From a virus (taxonomy: Duplodnaviria; Caudoviricetes): 54,384 nucleotides of DNA. The position numbers and the translations under genes are program-made. Positions 16,257 through 24,977 of the stretch are shown one piece after another (the stretch's first letter is position 1; the number at the start of each line of letters is the position of its first letter). The stretch spans positions 1 through 54,384 of the IMG/VR virus record IMGVR_UViG_3300044809_000029; one strand, 5' to 3'. The notes beneath the pieces were generated by a model. The model had not been told where the DNA came from. It saw only the letters and a list, made by a program, of their open reading frames with translations, and searched no databases.

Positions 16257-17723
16257 TTACGCGAGCGACTGGTTGGGCTGGGCGAGCGACAGCAGGAACG
16301 TGATGAACTCCGCCCCGGGAGCGGGACGGAACCCCGTCGCGACCCACATCTGCCGGGCCGTCGCGGTGTCCGGCGTGTTCACCGAGTCGGTATCCACGAC
16401 GAACCCGCTCCCCGGCGTGTCGTTGTCGTCGAGGAACAGGTGATCCGCGAGCTCCTCCGCCATGAACACCGCAGTCGCGGCGTCGTGGAGGCGGATCAGG
16501 CGGCGATGCGTGATCGGGACGTGCTCGAAGCTCTGCCCGATCACGGTGAGCTGCGCGACGATGCTCATCCGCTGCCGGCACACGCTCATCTGCAACCACT
16601 CCGAGTCGTTGCCGAGCGGCTCCACGAGAGAGCGGTTGCCGTCGAACATCACGCCGCCGTAACGGCTGATGATGAGGTCCACGCCCGCGTCTTGGAGGTC
16701 GAGCTGGTCCTGGTTGACGTAGGTGGCCTTCACGTCGAGGACGAGGCTGGAGCGGGCCTTGCCGTGCTCCCCAGCGGGGGCCTGGTTCGCCCCGTCCGAC
16801 GCGTCGGTCTCCGCGCACTTCGCAGCGACGAACGCCGACGGGGGAACGCTCCGGACGGTGCCGGCGCTGGTGCCGGTGATCTTCAGCCACGGCGCGAGCA
16901 GCGACCCGTACAGGCCGTTCACGCTGCCCTGATCCGACGCGGCGAGGCTGAGGAGCGTGCTCTTGCTCGTCGTGTCCGTCGTGTCGCACAAGGCGTACCG
17001 GTTGTTGGCTGCGGCGTGAGCGAGAAGGCTCGTGTGCGCCGCGGCGGTCTGCCAGTTCGGGGAACAGACCTGACCGGGCCCGAGGTCCGGGCTGATGAGC
17101 GCGAGAGCCGTGTCCACCTGGGTCTGCGTGACGTTCACGTGGTCGTCCACTCCGCCCGTGAGGTTCGTCGCCCCGACCACCGTCGGCTGCCCGGACCCAC
17201 CGCCGAGCGCGAGCGTGACGTACGTCGAACTCGGCGACCACGTGACCGCATCAGCGGTCGTCAGGAACTCCGGGGTGCGCTCGACCTCCACGGCGTTGAG
17301 GTACACGACGACTTGCCGGTAGGAGCCACCGGAGGGGCCCGCGACGATCGCGTACGTGAGACCGCCGGTCGCGCCGTTCGCCCAATCGCCGCTGCTCTTG
17401 GCGGTGATGACGAGGGTCGTGCCCGTCCCGGCGATGTTCGCGCTCGCCTTCGCCCCCGCGGGCCCGTAGGAGCGGCTGTAGTAGACGGTCTGCCCGCCTT
17501 CGCGGAAGAACGTCTCCACCCAGTCGTAGTCGACGGACCAGGACACGCGCGCGCCGAGCTTGCTCGTGAAGTCGTCGAGGGAATGCAACGCGATCACGGC
17601 CGGGTTGCCCTGCGAGTCGGTGCCTCCCTTCTGCGCGAGGCCGGCGAGGAACGCGACGCCCGTGTCAGTCGGCGCGTTGCGCTGAGGCGGCGAGTCGCGA
17701 AGGATGACCGTGGTGCGCTTCAT
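16257..17723 (-). CDS. Contractile tail sheath protein
   Basis: TGVAFLAG, FFREGG, AKSSGDWAN, LTGG.D, VPPSAFVAA, QAPAG, PAPGAEFI. Confidence 0.9.
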   Translation of the reverse strand: MKRTTVILRDSPPQRNAPTDTGVAFLAGLAQKGGTDSQGNPAVIALHSLDDFTSKLGARVSWSVDYDWVETFFREGGQTVYYSRSYGPAGAKASANIAGTGTTLVITAKSSGDWANGATGGLTYAIVAGPSGGSYRQVVVYLNAVEVERTPEFLTTADAVTWSPSSTYVTLALGGGSGQPTVVGATNLTGGVDDHVNVTQTQVDTALALISPDLGPGQVCSPNWQTAAAHTSLLAHAAANNRYALCDTTDTTSKSTLLSLAASDQGSVNGLYGSLLAPWLKITGTSAGTVRSVPPSAFVAAKCAETDASDGANQAPAGEHGKARSSLVLDVKATYVNQDQLDLQDAGVDLIISRYGGVMFDGNRSLVEPLGNDSEWLQMSVCRQRMSIVAQLTVIGQSFEHVPITHRRLIRLHDAATAVFMAEELADHLFLDDNDTPGSGFVVDTDSVNTPDTATARQMWVATGFRPAPGAEFITFLLSLAQPNQSLA

Positions 17724-17890
17724 CGCTTCTCCTTCTCGGCCTTCTCGGCCTTGATGAGCGCGCCGTCAGTGCGGAGCGCCTTGTCGTGGGGGTCCTTCAT
17801 GTCGCTCTCGCCGCGATCCCCGGGGGCCAGGACGGCACCGGAGGCGAGCGAGACGGCGTGGTCGCTGCGGTTGATGTAGTCGTCGGCCAT
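17720..17890 (-). CDS. Small protein before sheath (56 aa)
   Basis: Translated by hand MADDYINRSDHAVSLASGAVLAPG...; coupled overlaps. Confidence 0.6.
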   Translation of the reverse strand: MADDYINRSDHAVSLASGAVLAPGDRGESDMKDPHDKALRTDGALIKAEKAEKEKR

Positions 17891-18081
17891 CACGGCTCCT
17901 TGGTCGGTGAGAAGACCGAGACGGTCTTGGACTTGCAGGCGCGGATGAGGCGCGCAACGAACGTCGCGCGTGGCTCAGGCGGGCGAGGCGACAGGGCGCG
18001 CTCGCGGTGGGCAATGCGGGCGGTGATGTTCTGGATGGCGCGCCCGTCGAGGTGGACCGTCATGCGAATCTCGTCGTCCAT
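17890..18081 (-). CDS. Hypothetical protein
   Basis: ORF filling the gap in the neck/tail operon. Confidence 0.45.
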   Translation of the reverse strand: MDDEIRMTVHLDGRAIQNITARIAHRERALSPRPPEPRATFVARLIRACKSKTVSVFSPTKEP

Positions 18082-18082
18082 C

Positions 18083-18709
18083 TCAGTCCTCCACATCGAC
18101 GGTCACGTGGACCGTGTCGGCCGTGTACTGCGGGTAATCGGGGTAGGAGCCCGCGTCCGGGGGCTCCGGAAGCGGATCGGGAAGATCAGGGCCCTGACTG
18201 TTGCCAGCGACGTCCGAGACATCGACTCGCAGCACGAGCTCGGCGCCGGCGAGCGTGCGTTCCTGGGTGCCTCGTACGAGGTCGTAGCCGTAGTCGAGGA
18301 TCCGCGTGGTGTCAGCGAATCCCCCGAGGGACCGTTGGGCGCGCAGGCACGCCATCACGGCGATGAGGAGCATCCGGGCGTGGTCGAGGGACTCGTCGCG
18401 GTTGCGGCCCTTCGTGAACACCGCGACGTTGATGCCCTCGCTGATATCGAGAGAGCCGTCCCCGTTCTCGTGGACTCCGCCGACCGCGCCGACGTTCTGC
18501 ACGGCGATCGTGGTGACCATCGCTGGCCCGAGGGACTGCGGGTCGATCGTGCGGACCCACGCCCACCGGCGGCTGATCGTGCCCTTCGGGAGGCCCCACT
18601 GATCCTCCGCTTCGCTCAGGAACGTGCTGAGCCACTTCTGCAGCGTGTCGCGGACAGCGTCCTCGACCAGGCCGGCGTGCGCGATCCGGCCGAATACGGC
18701 TGTCGACAT
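18083..18709 (-). CDS. Tail terminator / completion protein
   Basis: Synteny and size. Confidence 0.6.
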   Translation of the reverse strand: MSTAVFGRIAHAGLVEDAVRDTLQKWLSTFLSEAEDQWGLPKGTISRRWAWVRTIDPQSLGPAMVTTIAVQNVGAVGGVHENGDGSLDISEGINVAVFTKGRNRDESLDHARMLLIAVMACLRAQRSLGGFADTTRILDYGYDLVRGTQERTLAGAELVLRVDVSDVAGNSQGPDLPDPLPEPPDAGSYPDYPQYTADTVHVTVDVED

Positions 18710-18717
18710 GGCGCCTC

Positions 18718-19158
18718 CTACGGGTTCAAGCGGCGCCGAACGACCATCCGCAGCGCGACGCGAGTCATCTCGGTCGGCTTAGGCAGAATGACCCGCTTTG
18801 GCTCCCCGATGCCCTTCTGCGCGAACTTGCCGTAATACGCCGCGCCGTGCGAATCGAGGCCGAGGATGACCTCGTGCGCGGTGATCGTGAGCCGCTGGCC
18901 GGGGGCGCCGCGCACCGTCATCGCCGCTTCGAGACGGCCGCTCGCGCGGTTCGCCTGCGGTGGGAGACCCTCGCGCAGTTTCCGCGCCCTTGTCGACGCA
19001 GCTAGCGGCACCCACCCCGGAGCGGCCCAGTGTCTGCGCTGCCCGGCCAGCAGCTCATCCGCTAGGTCGGACATCAGCGCGTGGGCGTCCACGCGGCCCA
19101 TGTGCGCGAGCCGCCGCTCCGCCACCTCATCACCATGAGCGGAGAGCTCGAGGTACAT
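18718..19158 (-). CDS. Virion morphogenesis (neck) protein
   Basis: WVPLAAST..RK...SGRL...YGKFAQKG...PKR. Confidence 0.75.
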   Translation of the reverse strand: MYLELSAHGDEVAERRLAHMGRVDAHALMSDLADELLAGQRRHWAAPGWVPLAASTRARKLREGLPPQANRASGRLEAAMTVRGAPGQRLTITAHEVILGLDSHGAAYYGKFAQKGIGEPKRVILPKPTEMTRVALRMVVRRRLNP

Positions 19159-19653
19159 CTACGGCAGCAGTTCGGTCTCGACGGGAAGGCCCGGCCAGGA
19201 GTTCGCGACGACTGTTCCGACGGGCACCGAGTACGCGCGCACCCCGCCCGGCTGATCCTCCTGGGACGCAGCGACCGCGCCCTCCATGATGCTCGCGAAG
19301 TCCGCCTCGTACCCGTCGACGGGGCTTGATCCCTGCGCGATCTGCTCCGGGAAATAGGAGCGCTCAGCGGTCGCGGCGACCTTCAACGCGACCGCGTACT
19401 TCACCGCCGGGTACTGCGCCTCGGGAACAGTCGTGGGGAGCCTGACCAGGGTCGCGATGTTCACGAGGTCGATCAAGCCCTGGACTTGCGCGCGTGTCGG
19501 GACCGTGGAGTCGGTGAAGGTTGCGTTCGCGTTCGGGTCGCCGCCCTGGTCGGTGAGTCGCGCGCGCATGAGTAGCGCCACGTCGTCCGGGGTTGGCAGC
19601 AGGGCGGAGACGACATCGGGGTCGCCCTGGTTGAAGAGGAGAAGCAGGCTCAC
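19159..19653 (-). CDS. Head-to-tail adaptor
   Basis: PTPDDVALLMRAR...TFTDSTVPT...ERSYFPEQ; GGAGG RBS. Confidence 0.7.
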   Translation of the reverse strand: MSLLLLFNQGDPDVVSALLPTPDDVALLMRARLTDQGGDPNANATFTDSTVPTRAQVQGLIDLVNIATLVRLPTTVPEAQYPAVKYAVALKVAATAERSYFPEQIAQGSSPVDGYEADFASIMEGAVAASQEDQPGGVRAYSVPVGTVVANSWPGLPVETELLP

Positions 19654-19712
19654 GGGGCCTCCCGGGATAGGGGGCTTGTCACCGACTCGCGAGCACGCGA
19701 CACTCACGCGCC

Positions 19713-20453
19713 ATGCGACAAGCACTCAGAAAAACCGCGCAACGCCACGCGCCGCAGCTCATGGCCGAGCGCGCCCGCCAGTACGAGATCGGGCTCCGCG
19801 AGCGGCAGGGCATCACCGCGCTCGGCGATCGCATGGAGCCCGTCGTCCAGGCCGGCCCGTTCCAGGGGCTGCGCTACCCAGCCGAGCGGCTCGCGGAGGT
19901 GGACGCCCCGGTCGCGAAGTTCCTCGGCGTCTACGAGCAGGAGGTCGGCTACGTCTTTGAGGAGCCGCGCGCGCGGTTCGTGGACGTGGGGTGCGCGGAC
20001 GGGTACTACGCGGCGGGGATGGCCCTGCGGGGCGCGCGAGTGATCGGGTTCGACATTGCTCGGTCCGCACGCGAACTCTGCGACACGGTCGCGGGCATGA
20101 ACGCGGTCGAGGTGGAGATCGGCAAGCGGTTCGCGCCCGACGACGCGGGCTTGGTGCGTGACGGGCTGTTGCTCGTCGACATCGAAGGCGGGGAACGCGA
20201 TCTGTTCACGCCCAGCGTTGTCGAGCATCTCGGGGAGGCCCGGGTGCTGGTGGAGGTCCATGAGGACTTCCGGCCCGGCACCAGCGAATATCTGACCGCC
20301 CTGTTCGCTGCCTCGCATGAGGTCCGCCGCGTCGATCAGCAGCCCCGAGCGACCCCGGCGCCGCTACGGGAGTGGCCGCCGGAGGAAGTGGCATTGGCGC
20401 TGACGGAGCACCGGCCGCCGCTCATGCACTGGCTGGACTGCGTGCCGCGCTAG
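19713..20453 (+). CDS. SAM-dependent methyltransferase, FkbM-like (moron)
   Basis: LGVYE, FVDVGCADGYY motif I, VIGFD, LVDIEGGE, VEVH. Confidence 0.8.
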   Translation: MRQALRKTAQRHAPQLMAERARQYEIGLRERQGITALGDRMEPVVQAGPFQGLRYPAERLAEVDAPVAKFLGVYEQEVGYVFEEPRARFVDVGCADGYYAAGMALRGARVIGFDIARSARELCDTVAGMNAVEVEIGKRFAPDDAGLVRDGLLLVDIEGGERDLFTPSVVEHLGEARVLVEVHEDFRPGTSEYLTALFAASHEVRRVDQQPRATPAPLREWPPEEVALALTEHRPPLMHWLDCVPR

Positions 20454-20707
20454 TTCGGTGGCGCGAAGAACTCGGCCATGTACTCGCCCGGGATCTTGAC
20501 GCCGCCGCCCGGAGGCGCCTTCGGCCACCACTCAGGGAGCGATCCTTCCTTGATGATGATCGGTCCGCCAGCGCCGCCACCTCCGCCTCCGCCGACGTTT
20601 CCCATTCGAGGATTCCGCTCGGCGAGCGCGCGTTGCACGGCTTCCGCGACGCCCGGGCCGAAGACCGCTCCCGTGAACGCATCCACGATCCATCTCGGGT
20701 CACTCAT
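20450..20707 (-). CDS. Small hypothetical protein with Gly run
   Basis: ORF; shares VAEAVxRAL with 20786..21103. Confidence 0.55.
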   Translation of the reverse strand: MSDPRWIVDAFTGAVFGPGVAEAVQRALAERNPRMGNVGGGGGGGAGGPIIIKEGSLPEWWPKAPPGGGVKIPGEYMAEFFAPPN

Positions 20708-20785
20708 CGCCTAGCGATCCTACTCGGCTACTCGGGCAAATCCGCACTGGTTGGACTGCGTACCGCGCCCGTAGTTCCCAGGCGG

Positions 20786-21103
20786 TCATGCGCGTTCCGC
20801 GGCGGGGAAGTCGGCCTGGTCGACCCACCGCTCGCCACCGGGCGCAGTCGAGTCGAAGACGCGCACCTGCCCGGTCGAGCCGACGCCCGGGATGACGCGC
20901 GGGCCTCCACGCGGCCCGCTGTTTCCCCCGCCTAAGGAAGCGCGGCTGCCGAGGGCGCGATGTACTGCTTCGGCGACGCGTCGGAGCTCGTCCGGCATGA
21001 TCGGCATTGGGTCGTAGGCCTCGATGTTGCACCAGCCCGCTTCGCCGACCGCCTCTCGAAGCGCGTCGTAGATCAGCGTCAGGTCCTGTCGCTCGGTGCT
21101 CAT
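20786..21103 (-). CDS. Small hypothetical protein with fibre-like motif
   Basis: ORF; VGSTGQVRVFDSTAPGGERW. Confidence 0.6.
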   Translation of the reverse strand: MSTERQDLTLIYDALREAVGEAGWCNIEAYDPMPIMPDELRRVAEAVHRALGSRASLGGGNSGPRGGPRVIPGVGSTGQVRVFDSTAPGGERWVDQADFPAAERA

Positions 21104-21132
21104 CGACGGATGATCCCACGACCCTCGGAGGT

Positions 21133-21981
21133 CTAAGTCTTGGCGGTAGCGGCGGGGGCGACGGGGATCGCGCTGCCGGTGATGAGCCGGATCGCGCGGT
21201 CCCGCGCAACCTGCTCCCGGAGGCTGTCGAGCTGGCCTTCGCGGCGGTGGTCAGCGACGATCGCGTAGGCGGAGCGGCCGCTTGAGCGCGCCCACTTGTG
21301 CAGGAGGTCCGAGTGCGGAAGTTCCCGGTCGGTGGGAGTGAGCTTCTCCGCGAAGATGATCCGGGCGAGGACCATCTCGCGGCTGAGAACCCTCTCGATC
21401 CGCGCGCGGGCCTGCTCGGGGATCTCGTCCACGGGCTGCCCGGTCGCGCGTTCGATCTCGCGACGGGTGACGCGCAGGTCTGACCCGGCGACTACCGCGT
21501 CCAGGGCGGCATCGGCGAAGGCGTGCTTGGCCCGTTCGATCTCGGCTTCCTGCGCCCACCGCTCGCATTCCGCGAAGAGTTCCTCGGGGGTCTCATGGCC
21601 GCCCTGGTCAGCGAGTTCGTCGACGTTCGGCCGGTGCTTCATGGTGACGCCCTGGACGTGGACGCTCAGGGTGACGGGCGAGCCGTTCTGCGTGATCGTG
21701 ACGTCGCGGGTCTCCCCAGCACGAACGCCGAGGAGGCCGTCCTCGAAGCCTTCGGCGGTCCCGCCGCCGCCGAGCATGACGGTGACATCGCTCGCCTCCA
21801 GGGGCCCCGAGAAGTCGAGGGTGACGAGATCGCCATGCTCGGCGGGGCGAGCAGCCGGTGAGGTGGTGGCGTGGCGTTCGCGGAGGATCTCGACCTCCAT
21901 CGCGATCCGGTCGGGGGTGACCGGTCGCGGATCGACGCGCTCGACCTCCAGGCCCTTGTACTGGCCGAGTCGGGTGAGCAT
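21133..21981 (-). CDS. tig: Trigger-factor homologue lacking the N-terminal ribosome-binding domain
   Basis: LGQYKGLEVE linker, RPAEHGDLVTLDFSG and GFEDGLLG.RAGE FKBP-like domain, helical C-domain ending LREQVARDRAIRLI. Confidence 0.85.
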   Translation of the reverse strand: MLTRLGQYKGLEVERVDPRPVTPDRIAMEVEILRERHATTSPAARPAEHGDLVTLDFSGPLEASDVTVMLGGGGTAEGFEDGLLGVRAGETRDVTITQNGSPVTLSVHVQGVTMKHRPNVDELADQGGHETPEELFAECERWAQEAEIERAKHAFADAALDAVVAGSDLRVTRREIERATGQPVDEIPEQARARIERVLSREMVLARIIFAEKLTPTDRELPHSDLLHKWARSSGRSAYAIVADHRREGQLDSLREQVARDRAIRLITGSAIPVAPAATAKT

Positions 21982-24977
21982 CAGGCGAGGACGGTTTGGA
22001 AGACGGTTCCCGCGGCGCCGTCCGTGCCGTTGGCGCCCGTGCCGACCCCGTTGCCGTGCGTGCCGCCCGGAGAGGACAGGGTGCCCGCGTTGACGATCGG
22101 GGTGGTCGTGAACAGCACGACCGGGCCGCCGCCGCCACCACCGCCCCCGCCGCAGTTGCCCGTGGTGGGGGTGAAGCCGTTGCCGCCCGCGGAGCGGATC
22201 GTGCCGCCCGTGTTGTCGATCGACAGCGCGAAGATGATGACGCTCCCGCCTCCTGCGCCACCACCACCGCCGCTGTTCGTGCCGTCCCCGCCGCCGCCGC
22301 CGCCGCCGGTCCCGCCTGAGAGCGTGCGAACAGCGCCCGTGACGGGCGTCGCTGAGGTCAGGACGACCGACGGGATCTTCAACCGCTCCTTCGCCACGGT
22401 CGAAGTCGCCACGCCCGCAGGACCAGCAGAACCCGTGGACCCCGCTCCGCCCGCACCGCCGAGGCCAGACACGGCGAGGGCTGACACCGCGGCGGGAGTG
22501 GAGGGCGTGCCGGTAGCGCCGTTGCCGCCGTTGCCGCCGCTGCTCCATGTTCCGCTGCCGCCGCCTCCGGCTCCCGCCGTGGCAACAGAGGATGTGCCGT
22601 CGTCGTGGATCGTGCCCGCGTTGACGAACGCGCCCTGACAGAAGATCGCGTAGCCCTGCGTCTTGACCGTCACGCCCGTGTTGACGGTGAACGTGGTGGA
22701 GTGGCACTCGCGGTTCAGCGTGTAGGTCGTACCGGAGCGCGAGAAACCAGTGACGGCGCTCGTGCCGTCGAGGACGAGGGCGCCGTCCGAGCCGTCACCG
22801 AGCAGGCCCGCCCAGCCGCCGGTCGCGCCCGCGAGAGTGGCCCACTTCGCGCCGCCAGGCTGCGTCGAGTCCGCGGTGAGGACTTGGCCGTTCGTGCCGA
22901 TCGCCTTGCGGATGATCGTGTTGTCGGCCGACCCGATGAGGAGGTCGCCCTTCGCGTCGATGAGCGTCTGGAGGATCGCGTTCGGGTCCCCGCCGCCGTT
23001 GTTGGTGACGAGGCGCGAGTCGACCTTCACGCCGCTCGCGAGCCCGGCGTAGCTCCACGCCACCGCGGGCCCGTCCCACGGTCCGGCGGCCTTGACGACC
23101 TTCCCCGCGTTGGAGGGGTCCGGCTTGAGCCATGTGTCGGCGCTCGTGATCGACGCGTCAGTGGACGCGAGGTCCATGCGCTGCCCGGGCTCCCACATCA
23201 GGAAGTAGCCGGCGACCGTCGCGAAGTCCTGCGCGGCGACGCCGTGAACCGGGCCGGTCCCGCCCGCGGGGTAGCGCTTGAGGCGCTCGGAGGAGAGGCT
23301 CGTGCCGATCAGATCGTTCGCGGTCACGGCGCCCGTGTCGAGCTTCACGAGGTGCCCTTGCTTGCCCTTCGGGCCCTTCACGACGAGCGTCGGCGTGCCG
23401 CTTGTCGCGGTCCAGATCGGCTTGGTGTTGCTGATCCAGGTGAGGTCCACCGGCTCGAGGACGTTGCCGTTGGTGCCCCCGGCGGCGAGGATCGCGCAGC
23501 CGTCCGAGTCCGGACCGGGCGTGAGCAGGCTGCCGACGTCGCCGATCATGATGTTCGAGTCGAAGACGCCGCACTTCACGGAGGCGCGCTGCGGCTGCCC
23601 CACGACCATGCGATCAGTCGTGAACGCGTTGGCGGTCGACGCGCCGAGCCAGAGGTTCCTGGTGACGCTGTCGTCGCTGACGCTGTAGATGTACCCGTTG
23701 CCGTACGCCTCGCAGGGGCAGTCGCGGAGCACGGCGCCGCTCAGCAGGATCTGGTTCGGCCACAAGGGCACGAGCGTCGTCGCGGTCGACGGGCCCGTGT
23801 CCGTGAAGACGTTGGTGAGGGAGACGAACCGGGCGAGGACCGTCGTCGTGCCTGGCGTCGCGCTCGTCGCGCGGTAGACGATCCACGCGGTGGCGTCCGC
23901 GTCCGCGGGCATCGTGATCGTGGCGCTACCACCCGCAGCGACGACGGTCGCTGCGGACGCAGCGCTGACCATCGCCTCATCGACGACGCCGTACAGGGGC
24001 GCGTAGAAGTAGAAGAACGTGCCACCCGCGGTGAACGGAGCGCCCGTGGAGCCGCCGACATTGGCGACGGTGGTCGGGCCGGCGACCGGGGTGCTGCTCT
24101 CCCCGTAGATCCCGTAAGGGCCATCACCGAGATGCGCGCTGTCCGCTGAAACTCCGCCGATCATGTTGGAGCCCTTGCAGGCCCAACTGCTGAAGATGTT
24201 GCTCGCGAAGTTCGACCCGCCGCCGATGTACTGGTCCGCCTCCGCGTTGCGATCCAAGCCCCAGAAGAGACCGAGGTAGTTGCTCGAGCAGATCGTGTCG
24301 TACACCGAGGAGTGGTCGGCCGCGAACTCGATCCCGCGGTAGAAGTAGCTGGCGCGGACATCCCACGTAGAGCAGTTGCCGCCCGCAAGCAGCAAGCCGT
24401 GCATCTTGCACGGGGCCGGACCACCGGGGCTGCTGGTGTGCGTGGGGCCGCTGACGCCGATCCCGCGGATCTCGAAGTGCTCCGCCTTCAGGATGTCCGG
24501 GCGCAGCGCGTAATAGCCCTTCCCGAAGTCCGTGAGCGGCTGGATGACCGATGCCTCTTTGCCGTCCCCGTAGATGTTCGTCTTGGCGCCCGTGGCGACG
24601 ACCTCCGCGTCGGTTCGGTAGGCCGCCTGAGGCATGTAGATCGCGCTGGTGCGGGAAGGGTCGATGATCGCGGCGTTCGCGGCGAGGATCGCGGCAGTGA
24701 TCGCGCACCAGTCGATCTGCTGCGCTGTGCTGAGGGCGAACGGGTAGACGACCTGCGCGGCCGCGAGCGACGCGAACCGGGTCGAGAGAGCGTGCGCGGT
24801 GCCGTCGCCGATCGCGCCGTAGTCCTTGACGTTGAACCCGGACGGGGCAACGCCCTTGAACTTCCCCGCGATCGCGTCGTAGACCAGGCGGCGGTGGTCG
24901 AGAGCAGCAGTCGCCGCGTCAACGTCAGTGAGGGTCGCGAGGCTCCCGCCCCCCGATGAACGACCGGAGCTACTCAT
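21981..24977 (-). CDS. Large multidomain fibre/depolymerase in the head module
   Basis: FNVKDYGAIGDG beta-helix start, IDAKGDLLIG motif, GDGSDGAL and Gly-rich C-terminus. Confidence 0.85.
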   Translation of the reverse strand: MSSSGRSSGGGSLATLTDVDAATAALDHRRLVYDAIAGKFKGVAPSGFNVKDYGAIGDGTAHALSTRFASLAAAQVVYPFALSTAQQIDWCAITAAILAANAAIIDPSRTSAIYMPQAAYRTDAEVVATGAKTNIYGDGKEASVIQPLTDFGKGYYALRPDILKAEHFEIRGIGVSGPTHTSSPGGPAPCKMHGLLLAGGNCSTWDVRASYFYRGIEFAADHSSVYDTICSSNYLGLFWGLDRNAEADQYIGGGSNFASNIFSSWACKGSNMIGGVSADSAHLGDGPYGIYGESSTPVAGPTTVANVGGSTGAPFTAGGTFFYFYAPLYGVVDEAMVSAASAATVVAAGGSATITMPADADATAWIVYRATSATPGTTTVLARFVSLTNVFTDTGPSTATTLVPLWPNQILLSGAVLRDCPCEAYGNGYIYSVSDDSVTRNLWLGASTANAFTTDRMVVGQPQRASVKCGVFDSNIMIGDVGSLLTPGPDSDGCAILAAGGTNGNVLEPVDLTWISNTKPIWTATSGTPTLVVKGPKGKQGHLVKLDTGAVTANDLIGTSLSSERLKRYPAGGTGPVHGVAAQDFATVAGYFLMWEPGQRMDLASTDASITSADTWLKPDPSNAGKVVKAAGPWDGPAVAWSYAGLASGVKVDSRLVTNNGGGDPNAILQTLIDAKGDLLIGSADNTIIRKAIGTNGQVLTADSTQPGGAKWATLAGATGGWAGLLGDGSDGALVLDGTSAVTGFSRSGTTYTLNRECHSTTFTVNTGVTVKTQGYAIFCQGAFVNAGTIHDDGTSSVATAGAGGGGSGTWSSGGNGGNGATGTPSTPAAVSALAVSGLGGAGGAGSTGSAGPAGVATSTVAKERLKIPSVVLTSATPVTGAVRTLSGGTGGGGGGGDGTNSGGGGGAGGGSVIIFALSIDNTGGTIRSAGGNGFTPTTGNCGGGGGGGGGPVVLFTTTPIVNAGTLSSPGGTHGNGVGTGANGTDGAAGTVFQTVLA

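Noticed and set aside
21982-22707. N-terminal half of the 524-aa ORF as part of the trigger factor
   Set aside because: Arg-rich off-frame read of the fibre Gly codons; the real start is ATG 21981
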